Notes under the pieces: generated by a model
Database searches by the model: none
The model's input: only the letters and a program-made list of their open reading frames with translations
What the model was told of the DNA's origin: nothing
Made by a program: the position numbers and the translations under genes
Part shown: positions 10,045-19,053 of the stretch, one piece after another
Position numbering within the stretch: the first letter of the stretch is position 1
How the letters are laid out: each line of letters opens with the position of its first letter
Assembly (NCBI GenBank): GCA_004524535.1
Contig: SDNY01000049.1
Location: forward strand, 1-25,131
Source of the DNA: Promethearchaeota archaeon
GTDB lineage: Archaea > Asgardarchaeota > Lokiarchaeia > Sigyniarchaeales > SOKP01
Length of the DNA: 25,131 nt
Direction: 5' to 3'

Positions 10045-10752
10045 GTGGAAGAAATAGAGAAAATCCTACAAGATGGTGAAAAAATTCTATGGAAACGGAC
10101 TAATATTCGTAATTTATTGAAAATCTATCCAATCATTATAGGAATAGTCGTGGTATCAACATTGTTAATTTTTGGATTAATATATACAAGTATCGTTGCG
10201 TTTTCTGTTAATAATTTATTAGTAGCCTATATATTATTATTTCTTTTTTTAATTCTCGAGAGTGTTTTAATTCTTTCAGTTACATTGATATCAATTAAAT
10301 ATCGAAGAAAATGGATTAAAAGATTTCAAAAAACTTCAGAAGAATTAAAAAATTACATAGAAATAGATATTATAACCAATAAAAGAATTATAAAGAAAAG
10401 TATAATTGAAATTGAAAGATTGGAAAGTCATGTAAAACATTTTAAAAATCTTTCAGATTTTTTAAAAATAATAGATATAATAGATGATATTGTATTTCTT
10501 AACCTTGATTATATTGAAGAAGTTATTATTATGGTAGATATTAAAAGAATTATTTTTATTGTGGAGGATTATAATGACGACCAACTGTTTTATATAGATT
10601 TTTTTAAGTTTAAAAATGAGTTTAAAAAAAGCAATATAAATAAGACTTTAAATGCGATTAACGACACTATAAATATTTTAAAAAATATAATACCCCCTGA
10701 AAAATTTAATAAAGAGAGTTTAATTCAGTTAAAAGAACATACGTTAAATTGA
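10045..10752 (+). CDS. hypothetical membrane protein (2 TM helices, PH-like)
   Basis: LQDGEKILW N-terminus, two hydrophobic helices, then IITNKRII. GTG start. Confidence 0.6.
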   Translation: MEEIEKILQDGEKILWKRTNIRNLLKIYPIIIGIVVVSTLLIFGLIYTSIVAFSVNNLLVAYILLFLFLILESVLILSVTLISIKYRRKWIKRFQKTSEELKNYIEIDIITNKRIIKKSIIEIERLESHVKHFKNLSDFLKIIDIIDDIVFLNLDYIEEVIIMVDIKRIIFIVEDYNDDQLFYIDFFKFKNEFKKSNINKTLNAINDTINILKNIIPPEKFNKESLIQLKEHTLN

Positions 10753-10849
10753 AATTTCAATATTTTAATTTATATTAAATTTTTTACAATACTTTTTATT
10801 AAAATTGTATATTAATCTATTTTGCGTATAAAATTAAATGTGAGATGGA

Positions 10850-12301
10850 ATGGACGAGAAACTTAAATTTGGCATAATTTCGCTAATAGTGATAATATTC
10901 CAATCGGCATTAAAAATTTATGGTGTGATTATTACAGGTAGTTTAAGTTTTTTATCTGAGTCAGTCGATACTATAGTAGATATTGTTTTTGTATCCATAA
11001 CTCTTTATTCGATAAAACATAGTCAAAAACCTCCTGATTATGACCATATGTGGGGTCATTCGAAAACAGATCCTATTGGAGCACTAATTCAAGGGATTAT
11101 TCTAATAAACTTATACATAATTTTGGTTTTTTATGCTCTACTGGTTATTACTTCTGGAGAATATCAAATCGCTTATCCTGACATTGGGCTGCAAATATTA
11201 ATAATTTCATTTTTAATAAACTTAATTTTTTCAAGAATACTCATATGGCAAGGAAGACGCAATAAAAGCCCTTCACTTGAAATGCAGGGCTTAAATCTTT
11301 TTCAAGATTCAATGCGCGCTGTAATTGTCATTATAAGTTTTATATTCGCTTTAATGGGGACGGTTTTTTTAGATCCATTCTTTAGCATTGTTCTTTCCGT
11401 TTGGATTATAATTGGGGCAGTTATTTTAACAAAAAAGGGTGTAAAAGATTTAACAGATATCAATCCTATTGATTCCCTCATTTTAGAAGATATTAGACAA
11501 AATATATTTAAACTTGAACATGTAATTGGTGTTAAGGATTTGAGAATTAGAGCAAGTGGCAAAAATTTATTTTTAGAAACTAACATATCTGTTGAAGACC
11601 ATATTTCAGTAATTCATGCTCACGAAATAACTAAATCAATTCGAGCTATGAGCCAAGTTTTTTTTCCAAATTACAATGTAGAATGCTTGGTTGAAATGAA
11701 TCCATTAGGAGGAGAAGAATCATTAGGAGAGAATATTATAAATTTAATCTATTCCATGAAAACTGAATTTCCTGATATTTTAAATGTCAAGAATCTTAAT
11801 GTCTTTAGAATTGGGGATAAATATTTTTTATCTTTGATAATCGTAATTAGTGATGAATTTTCCCTCAAGGAGGCTCATGAGATCTGTACTAATTTTGAAA
11901 TTGAATTGAAAAAACAAGCACCATTTTTATCGCGAATTATAACCCATATAGAAAGTCAATTTAAAGAGAATTTATCTTCTCAAGAATATTGCGATATTTC
12001 GACTCTAGATTCAGATTCTATAAACGAAATTAAGCGTAATGTTGAAGAAGTCCTTAGATCAGAACCTTATATTAGAGGTTATCATGGATTTGAATTTTGG
12101 ACCACCTATAATTATTGTATTTTAGAGCTACATATCTTTTTTGATGGAGATGAAAATATATCTCAAGTTCATAATTATTTAACCGATATTGAAAAAAAAA
12201 TTAGAAACAAATTAAAAATTGATAATTTAAAAGAAATTTTTCTTCATTCTGAACCTTTAAAAGGCCGAACGGGCGGAATTATTTTCGAGTCAGAAAAATA
12301 A
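10850..12301 (+). CDS. cation diffusion facilitator (CDF) transporter with three tandem C-terminal domains
   Basis: TGSLSFLSESVDTIVD, KPPDYDHMWGH and 6 TM helices. Three CTD-like repeats end in VEMNP, THIES and LHSEP. Confidence 0.9.
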   Translation: MDEKLKFGIISLIVIIFQSALKIYGVIITGSLSFLSESVDTIVDIVFVSITLYSIKHSQKPPDYDHMWGHSKTDPIGALIQGIILINLYIILVFYALLVITSGEYQIAYPDIGLQILIISFLINLIFSRILIWQGRRNKSPSLEMQGLNLFQDSMRAVIVIISFIFALMGTVFLDPFFSIVLSVWIIIGAVILTKKGVKDLTDINPIDSLILEDIRQNIFKLEHVIGVKDLRIRASGKNLFLETNISVEDHISVIHAHEITKSIRAMSQVFFPNYNVECLVEMNPLGGEESLGENIINLIYSMKTEFPDILNVKNLNVFRIGDKYFLSLIIVISDEFSLKEAHEICTNFEIELKKQAPFLSRIITHIESQFKENLSSQEYCDISTLDSDSINEIKRNVEEVLRSEPYIRGYHGFEFWTTYNYCILELHIFFDGDENISQVHNYLTDIEKKIRNKLKIDNLKEIFLHSEPLKGRTGGIIFESEK

Positions 12302-12315
12302 AGAATTCAGATTTG

Positions 12316-13419
12316 TTAAAAAGGAAATTTATATTGTTCCAATCCAAGTTCTTTCTGCATTATTTTAATATCGTTTTGTAAGCTACTATTTAAGGGAATA
12401 CCTTTTTCTCTTCGCTCAATTTCAGCCAGATTTTCTTTTTCACCTGCAGTATAAATTTTCTTCACATTAGGTTCCTTAGGAGAGTTCCTAAGGTCTCTCA
12501 TAATATTACCTGCAGTTTTTTTAAACGACTTAATCCCTATGAAACTATCGATATTAATAGCTAAGAAAAAATGCCCTACTTTTAGTCTTTTTTGACCTTC
12601 TTCGACAATACCTAAAGTATCTCTGAGATAAATACCGTTTTGTAAAGCTGAGGATAATAGTTCAACGATGGTTGCATAACCATAACCTTTATAGCCTGAT
12701 GTATCCTCGCCTTTACCTCCTAAAGGGAGTAAAGCTGCTTTTCGTTCTAGCATCTTCTCTAACACCTTACTTGCATCAGTCATAAATTCCCCATTCTCAT
12801 CAATAACAGTATTTTCTGGAAGTGGTTTGTTTATCCTGCTATATGACTCAACCTTGCCCCTTTGTATAATTGAAGTTGCACAATCAATAAGGAATGGAAA
12901 GTTTTCATCAGTTGGCGCACCGATTGTTAAAGGATTAGTCCCTAACATTGGTTCTACTCCAAAAGTAGGAGGAATTGAAGGTCTGGCATTTGTTACAGCT
13001 AAACCAATCATTCCTTCTTTAATTGCCATCAATGAATAATATCCCGCAATACCAAAATGAGTCGAATTTCTTACAGCAACCGCACCAAGTCCATATTTTT
13101 TCGCTTTTTCAATCGCCATTTTCATCGCTTTATATGCTATTACATGCCCCATACCACAATTACCGTCAAGTAAAGCAGTTGTTGGACCATCCTTAACCAC
13201 ATCTATCTTGGTTTTAACTTCATATATTCCTTCTTTAATTCTGGAATAATACATATATAGGCGTTGAACACCATGAGAATCAATCCCCCTTAAATCTGAA
13301 GTAATAAGAACATCCGCAATAATATCTGCATCTTCTTTAGGAACTCCAACACTGATAAAAACATCCCTCATGAAATTCTCAAGGGTATTGGCTTCAATAA
13401 AAACAACATCATCAGACAT
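12316..13419 (-). CDS. Ldh_2-family (malate/L-lactate/sulfolactate-type) dehydrogenase
   Basis: DLRGIDSHG, RNSTHFG, LGTNP, DCATS and YKGYG motifs. Confidence 0.92.
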   Translation of the reverse strand: MSDDVVFIEANTLENFMRDVFISVGVPKEDADIIADVLITSDLRGIDSHGVQRLYMYYSRIKEGIYEVKTKIDVVKDGPTTALLDGNCGMGHVIAYKAMKMAIEKAKKYGLGAVAVRNSTHFGIAGYYSLMAIKEGMIGLAVTNARPSIPPTFGVEPMLGTNPLTIGAPTDENFPFLIDCATSIIQRGKVESYSRINKPLPENTVIDENGEFMTDASKVLEKMLERKAALLPLGGKGEDTSGYKGYGYATIVELLSSALQNGIYLRDTLGIVEEGQKRLKVGHFFLAINIDSFIGIKSFKKTAGNIMRDLRNSPKEPNVKKIYTAGEKENLAEIERREKGIPLNSSLQNDIKIMQKELGLEQYKFPF

Positions 13420-13529
13420 TTTAAATACTTTCTTATTAATTGTTATAATAGGAAAATTTCTATTTCTGTTAAATCTTAGGAAAAAATCTTTTTCTTAGAA
13501 ATAAATGGAATATCCTTCCTATTTGTATT

Positions 13530-14630
13530 TTATTTTTTTATCTTCGATTTTTTCTTAGGTTCTTTCGAGATTTCGATTTCTTCTATCTTTTCTTCTTTCT
13601 GAAACGGTTTAACTGGTTTTGACTCGTCAAATGGTGCAGAACAAACCCAACAAGCGTTTTCTTGATTGGTTAAAGCATCTACACATTTAATGCAATAAAA
13701 AGTCCGACATTCTGGACATATGTAATTAAATTTTAGTACAATCCCTTTACATACTATACAAATTTGCTTTTCTTTGGAAATCGATACTTCTTCCTCTGTT
13801 AAATCCCCTTTCATCGCTTTAGTGAATCGAAATAATGAACCCTCAACTCTTACTTCTTTTTTAGGTTTTTCTTTATCTTCAGATACTTCTCTTACACCGA
13901 TGTATAAAAAAAATACGCAAAAGATCATTAGAAGCCTAGCTAAGAACAATAATGATTGAGGATCAGATAACGCATCCATAACGCCAACAAATACAAAAAT
14001 TAATTGACTAAGAGCTATATATATAAATCTTTGTCTAATAATTCCTGTTGAACGATAGGCTTTCATTAATCCTCCAATCCCATTCAAAAAAAAAACTAAA
14101 AGTAAATCTATTGCAATAATTATAAAAGCTGGAGAATTAATTTTAAAACGCGCATCGATCAAGTTTTCTCCTGGACTAGATGGTTCAACAAAGTAAAAAC
14201 AATTTTGAGTATTAAAAATGAGGAAGATTTCAAGGATTATATTTAAAATTAAACTACAAATTACAAGCACTTTTTTCTTTTCTGGTACGAGAAGTTCGGA
14301 ACCTAACTCCATACCAAATACTGAAGCAGGAGCAGCCCATATATAACTTAACAACCCATATAATCCCTTTGAGTTATCCATATTTTTTCCTGTGAAGAGT
14401 ATTGTTAAAAAATCTACTGTGGGACCCAACCATAATAGACAGGCAAATAATCCCATTAGTGCACCAATCCTTAATAATTTGACTTTATATTTAATGGATA
14501 CAATTAATATTACCGTACTAATAATTGTACCTCCGAAAACAATGATCGCTGCCGTGAGACCATTTAACCAACCAATTAGAGATAACATTAGAAAATCCTG
14601 TTCTCTTGAAAATAAAATGGATTTATCCAA
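13530..14630 (-). CDS. 7-TM membrane protein with C-terminal Cys8 zinc finger
   Basis: Seven hydrophobic segments, then CIVC-x10-CPEC-x4-CIKC-x10-CWVC. The true start is probably the internal ATG (MLSLIGW). Confidence 0.75.
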   Translation of the reverse strand: MDKSILFSREQDFLMLSLIGWLNGLTAAIIVFGGTIISTVILIVSIKYKVKLLRIGALMGLFACLLWLGPTVDFLTILFTGKNMDNSKGLYGLLSYIWAAPASVFGMELGSELLVPEKKKVLVICSLILNIILEIFLIFNTQNCFYFVEPSSPGENLIDARFKINSPAFIIIAIDLLLVFFLNGIGGLMKAYRSTGIIRQRFIYIALSQLIFVFVGVMDALSDPQSLLFLARLLMIFCVFFLYIGVREVSEDKEKPKKEVRVEGSLFRFTKAMKGDLTEEEVSISKEKQICIVCKGIVLKFNYICPECRTFYCIKCVDALTNQENACWVCSAPFDESKPVKPFQKEEKIEEIEISKEPKKKSKIKK

Positions 14631-14869
14631 AATAGTAAAAAATTATTAATCTAATATAAATGATTTTCTTATTTAAATATTAACCTTTGCTTCAAACTAA
14701 GAGCTATTCTTAAAAGAATTAGCTTTGTGAGTCCTATGTTAAATTAACAAAAATATTAAAGATTTAAATACTAATTTGTCAATCCTTTACTTAATCCATA
14801 AAATTTATGGGTGAAATATTTAATAAAAAAAATTTGAATCCAATTAAAAAATAAATAAAAAATTATGAG

Positions 14870-15277
14870 ATGAGAAATTTAATGGCAGAAATCTCAAAAG
14901 AAATGAAAATTGTATTAATAATCAACGCTATTATTGCCTTTATCTATGGATTTTTCTATTTAATAATACCAGAGATATATAGAGATTTAATCGATGCAAC
15001 TTATTATGATCCAGGAATGTGGTGGACTTTTGGTGCAACCTGTTTTCTTCTCGGAATCTTTTGCTTACTAGTATTTATGAGAAAAGAATGGGAAAAAGGA
15101 AAAACATTTTTCGAATTTGCGCTCTTATGGGTTATAGCTGAACTTATATTAAATATAGTGAGTATTATCGTTCTTCCTGGTTCGGCAAATGCTAAAGCTA
15201 ACACTGCGTTTAATATTGTACTACTCATCGTAATAGCAGTTTATAGCGCTTATTTCTATTATCGAGAATCAGAGTAG
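14870..15277 (+). CDS. hypothetical 4-TM membrane protein
   Basis: Four hydrophobic helices in 135 aa, followed by a T-run. Confidence 0.7.
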   Translation: MRNLMAEISKEMKIVLIINAIIAFIYGFFYLIIPEIYRDLIDATYYDPGMWWTFGATCFLLGIFCLLVFMRKEWEKGKTFFEFALLWVIAELILNIVSIIVLPGSANAKANTAFNIVLLIVIAVYSAYFYYRESE

Positions 15278-15308
15278 AGACGAAAAAAATCTAAATACCT
15301 TAATTTAA

Positions 15309-15319
15309 TTTTTTTTTTT
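15309..15319 (+). terminator. possible archaeal oligo-T terminator
   Basis: Run of 11 T about 30 nt after the stop at 15277. Weak evidence in an AT-rich genome. Confidence 0.3.
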
Positions 15320-15458
15320 AATAAAACTATAATTCTTTTATCTTCAGCATAAATTACATCTTTTAATTGTGATTATGGGCAATCCATATCATTACACTTA
15401 TACTAAAATATCTACATATTATGTTGTTTTTTGAATTTTCCCTTTTATTCCTTTATTC

Positions 15459-15632
15459 ATGAAGATTAACGATTTGAATAAAAAAGTCGTGCGTCGGTAT
15501 TATAAAGAGATAACTATTGATAGTGACAATTGTGACGATATTACGTATATCTTTCCAGACACAAAGGAATTTATACAGATACTTAATAGAAAATTCGTGG
15601 GTAAGAAATTAGCTTCTGAAGAAATAATTTAA
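15459..15632 (+). CDS. possible small protein (57 aa)
   Basis: ATG...TAA ORF MKINDLNKKVVRRYYKEITIDSDNCDDITYIFPDTKEFIQILNRKFVGKKLASEEII, below the ORF-track cutoff. No recognisable motif. Confidence 0.35.
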   Translation: MKINDLNKKVVRRYYKEITIDSDNCDDITYIFPDTKEFIQILNRKFVGKKLASEEII

Positions 15633-15701
15633 TCCTTTTTAATTCCAGCATAGATATTTAAGAAAAGGTTATTTTTTCTTAATTTCAATAAATTTTTATT
15701 C

Positions 15702-16010
15702 TTTTAATCCTTAATTTGATATGGACCACTTGGGCAGGTCTGAAGTCCCATGCTGGACGGACCGCAAAATGCTCACAGCGGAAATGCCTGATTTAAGGTC
15801 TCATGAGTTGTTATTATCCGGTTTTATGCTCTGGCGAAGCATCGGCCAAATAGGTGGGTGTCAGAGCAGTATCTTTTGTAGGAAAGGTATAAGCTCATAA
15901 TTGCAAAACCGATAAGGCCAGGGATGGAGCAGTCGTAAACATAGATGTTCACGCTTTTTGGTGCGGGTGTGGAGGGGCATAAAAGCAAGGTTATAATTTC
16001 AGGATTGAAG
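15702..16010 (+). ncRNA. ffs: signal recognition particle (7S/SRP) RNA; ends approximate
   Basis: GC-rich island. Helix 8: CGAU-AAGG-CCA-GGGA-UGG-AGCA-GUCG (15910-15935) with a GNRA loop and the SRP54 internal loop. Helix 6: GUAUCUUU-U-GUAG-G-AAAGGUAU (15869-15890). Helix 5: GUUUUAUGCUCU pairs with GGGGCAUAAAAGC. Terminal helix: UUUUAAUCCU/AGGAUUGAAG. Confidence 0.9.
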
Positions 16011-16141
16011 TCAAGAATCAGGTTTTTATTATATACTTGTTTTTTAAAATCATATATCTTTAAAAATTTAAAAAGAGAATATCCTAACTATAATAATAAT
16101 TTATCCAATCTTTATGGATTTTAATATATTTAGTGATTTAA

Positions 16142-17032
16142 ATGAAATGGAAAACAAAAATTACCGAAATGATTGGTTGCAAATATCCAATTTTTTTGGG
16201 TGCATTTGCGAGATATGACAATACAAAATTAGTATCAGCAATAAGTAAAGCGGGCGGGGTGGGGATACTAACGGGATCTTATTTTAAAAATGAAGATAAA
16301 TTTCGAAATGCACTTCAGGAAATTAAAAAAACTACAAAAAATCCCTTTGGTGTAAATTTTTCTCCAAATACTCCACGAGACTTCCAAAAAGATCTTATTC
16401 AATTGTTTTCTCAACATTTAGAAATTGCTAAGGAAGAACAAATTAAAACAATAATAACCGTAGGACCTAAAGTGGAAATAATTGGAAAAAAGATAAAGGA
16501 ATATGGAATGACTTGGATTCATAAAGCCACTACAATGAGACATACAATATTCGGAGAGAAAATGGGAGCAGATGCTATTATTCTAACTGGTCTTGAAGGT
16601 GGAGGATTTAAAAATCCTAAACAAAATACGCTTTTTATTAATATGGTCAACGCTAGGAGATTCTTAAAGGTTCCGATTATTGCTTCAGGAGGAATTAGTA
16701 ATGGAAGGGGCATGTTAGGTGCATTAACTATGGGGGCTCAAGCAGTTCACATGTGTACTGCCTTTCTTGCTACAGCAGAAAGTCCTATTTCAGAAGAGTG
16801 GAAGCAAAAAATAATTAATATAGATTGTTTTGATCCTGAAATTCTTAATGAAATCTTGCACTTTGAATCGGAAATGATGAAAGGTACAGCCTATTCTCTT
16901 GCAGCAGGAACAATTGATAAAATTATTTCTGCTGAAGAATTAGTAAGTAATATCATAAGGGAAGCAGAAACTATGCTGAAAAAACTAGGTTTTCAAGAAG
17001 ATCTTATAGATTTTACTGAGTTAGAAAAGTAA
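16142..17032 (+). CDS. nitronate monooxygenase / FabK-like FMN-dependent oxidoreductase
   Basis: KYPIF, AISKAGGVG, PFGVN, GADAIILTGLEGGG and PIIASGGISNGRG...GAQAVHMCTAFLATAES. Confidence 0.88.
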   Translation: MKWKTKITEMIGCKYPIFLGAFARYDNTKLVSAISKAGGVGILTGSYFKNEDKFRNALQEIKKTTKNPFGVNFSPNTPRDFQKDLIQLFSQHLEIAKEEQIKTIITVGPKVEIIGKKIKEYGMTWIHKATTMRHTIFGEKMGADAIILTGLEGGGFKNPKQNTLFINMVNARRFLKVPIIASGGISNGRGMLGALTMGAQAVHMCTAFLATAESPISEEWKQKIINIDCFDPEILNEILHFESEMMKGTAYSLAAGTIDKIISAEELVSNIIREAETMLKKLGFQEDLIDFTELEK

Positions 17033-17114
17033 TTAATATGTTTTATTTGAAGTGGAAGATTTATAAAAATTAATTTATATCTATTAAGAATTTAATAAAT
17101 AAAAGTAGATTTTT

Positions 17115-17750
17115 ATGGATTTTGAAAAATTAACCGAACTTATTATAGAATTAGAAGTTGATGATATTGCGGATGCTGTAAAGGAAGCACTTAATAAAGA
17201 TGGAAAAGATCCTTTTGAAGTATTAAATGCTTTAACGAAAGGAATGGATGAAGTGGGCAGACGGTATGAAGAAAAAGAATATTATTTAACAGAATTAGTC
17301 TTAGCGGGTGAGACGATGAAAGAAGCATTCGCAATATTAAAACCCGCATTAGCAACAGCAGACACGTCAAGTCAAAAAAACAAGATTATTTTGGCAACCG
17401 TTAAAGGAGATAATCATGATATTGGAAAAAATATTCTTGGCTCATTGCTTTTAAGTGCTGGATTTGAATTACACGATCTAGGCATGGACGTAGATGCTGA
17501 GATTATCGTTAATAAAGTAAAAGAAACTGGAGCAAAAATTATAGCTTTAAGTACCCTTTTAACCATGACTGTAGAAGAGATTAAGGTTGTTCACGAAACT
17601 TTACAAGCAGCGGGACTTAGGGATAAAGTAAAAATAATCGTTGGTGGAGCACCATTAAACATGGATCTTGCCAAGAAACTTGGCGCTGACGATTTTGCTA
17701 ATGACGCTGTTGACGGAGTTAAACATATTAAAAATTTGGCAGGAATCTAA
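17115..17750 (+). CDS. methyltransferase cognate corrinoid (B12-binding) protein, copy 1
   Basis: Cap domain (GMDEVGRRYE...LTELVLAGETM), DxHxxG (GDNHDIGKN), DLGMDV, SxLxT and VGGAP. Confidence 0.93.
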   Translation: MDFEKLTELIIELEVDDIADAVKEALNKDGKDPFEVLNALTKGMDEVGRRYEEKEYYLTELVLAGETMKEAFAILKPALATADTSSQKNKIILATVKGDNHDIGKNILGSLLLSAGFELHDLGMDVDAEIIVNKVKETGAKIIALSTLLTMTVEEIKVVHETLQAAGLRDKVKIIVGGAPLNMDLAKKLGADDFANDAVDGVKHIKNLAGI

Positions 17751-17768
17751 AAAAAAAGTTTCTTACTA

Positions 17769-17810
17769 ATAGATTATAGAGACAAGATACTTGCGGCTTT
17801 AAATTTAGAA
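17769..17810 (+). pseudogene. 14-codon relic of a URO-D-family gene N-terminus
   Basis: Translates as IDYRDKILAALNLE versus MSCRERVLEALNLE of 19763-20938, and sits in the same position downstream of a corrinoid gene. Confidence 0.6.
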
Positions 17811-17811
17811 T

Positions 17812-18984
17812 TTATAGGGTTATTGGATATTTCCCATACTCCCAAGCAGTTTCAAGCATTATCTTTTCTTTTGACATATCCACTTCAGAATGAGAATGAG
17901 CAGGAGCTAATATGAATCTACCACCTGGAGCAAGATTTTTTATGAGTTCTTTAGTTTTTTCAACGACCTCCTCTGGTTTTGAATTTTCTGTAAGGAGATA
18001 ATCTACTCCCATATTGCCTATAATTGTGAATTTAGCACCATGAATCTTTTTTTCTTTATAAATATCAACATTTGAGGTGGGTTCAAATGCGTGACCTCCA
18101 TCAAATCCCCATTTAATAAAATAATCAAACAATTTAGTATTGTCTCCACATGAATGGACAAATGCTTTACCACCTCTCTCATGGATTGCTTCACATAATC
18201 TAATGTAAGATGGACCCCATAACTTATCAAGAATTTTAGGATTCATTTGCGGGCCAGTTTTAAAAGAAAAGTCGTCTCCTTTCATAATTACCTTCACTCC
18301 TGCGTCCATCATTGCCATGAATGTTTTAATCGAAAATTCTTCTAAACGAGAAATGAAGTTTTTAATAAATTTAGGTTGTTTTCTAATATTATACGCTAAT
18401 TTTTCTATCCCAATGCTCGTAAACATTGATTGATACAGACCACAATACACATCTCCACATATACATATTTTATCCCCGAATTTTAAGAACAATTTTTTAA
18501 AAAACTTATAGGTTTTTTTAGCGGTTTTATCAGGATCAGGAAAAAATAGCCATTCCTCGTATTCTTCAGGAGTTGTAATTTTTGGTTTGCGATAATAATA
18601 AGACGCGTTACCATAATTATCGAAAATTATGTCATTATAAGAGCCCCAATCATCTTGTATTGTGTTTGAATCAGGGAAGCTCGAAAAAGCATTTCCCCAT
18701 ATGACCCATGCTGCATCAAATCCTAATTTCACAGCAGCTTCTAATCCAAGATGAGCAGCTTTTTCAACATCTTTTTGTGCAATTTTCCTGCCTAATAAAC
18801 CCATTCCAAATCGCTTCAGAAATAATTGACCATACCAGCTCTCATATAAATCTTTATCTGTTTTTTTTGGAAAACCTAATACTTGATGAGCAGGGTGTTG
18901 GTCATATAGGACAGACATTGTTGTAACTCTATCCACTTCTTTACCTTCGCTTACAGATATAACACGCTCAGTGGGATTCATCAT
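17812..18984 (-). CDS. uroporphyrinogen decarboxylase-family protein (MtaA/CmuA-like superfamily)
   Basis: ERV...EVDRV N-terminus, DDFSFKTGPQMNP, HSCG, IGNMGV, LAPGGRFIL and YGKYP C-terminus. Confidence 0.88.
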   Translation of the reverse strand: MMNPTERVISVSEGKEVDRVTTMSVLYDQHPAHQVLGFPKKTDKDLYESWYGQLFLKRFGMGLLGRKIAQKDVEKAAHLGLEAAVKLGFDAAWVIWGNAFSSFPDSNTIQDDWGSYNDIIFDNYGNASYYYRKPKITTPEEYEEWLFFPDPDKTAKKTYKFFKKLFLKFGDKICICGDVYCGLYQSMFTSIGIEKLAYNIRKQPKFIKNFISRLEEFSIKTFMAMMDAGVKVIMKGDDFSFKTGPQMNPKILDKLWGPSYIRLCEAIHERGGKAFVHSCGDNTKLFDYFIKWGFDGGHAFEPTSNVDIYKEKKIHGAKFTIIGNMGVDYLLTENSKPEEVVEKTKELIKNLAPGGRFILAPAHSHSEVDMSKEKIMLETAWEYGKYPITL

Positions 18985-19053
18985 CTTTAATATTTATTTC
19001 TCAATAATTGACTATTCTAAATCTTTTTAATTTTAAAAAGATTAAAAAAAAAT

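Noticed and set aside
15698-16018. BHB motif joining the SRP RNA ends (permuted or circular SRP RNA as in Thermoproteus)
   Set aside because: The ends pair but lack two 3-nt bulges separated by 4 bp, and the domain order is the normal linear one.
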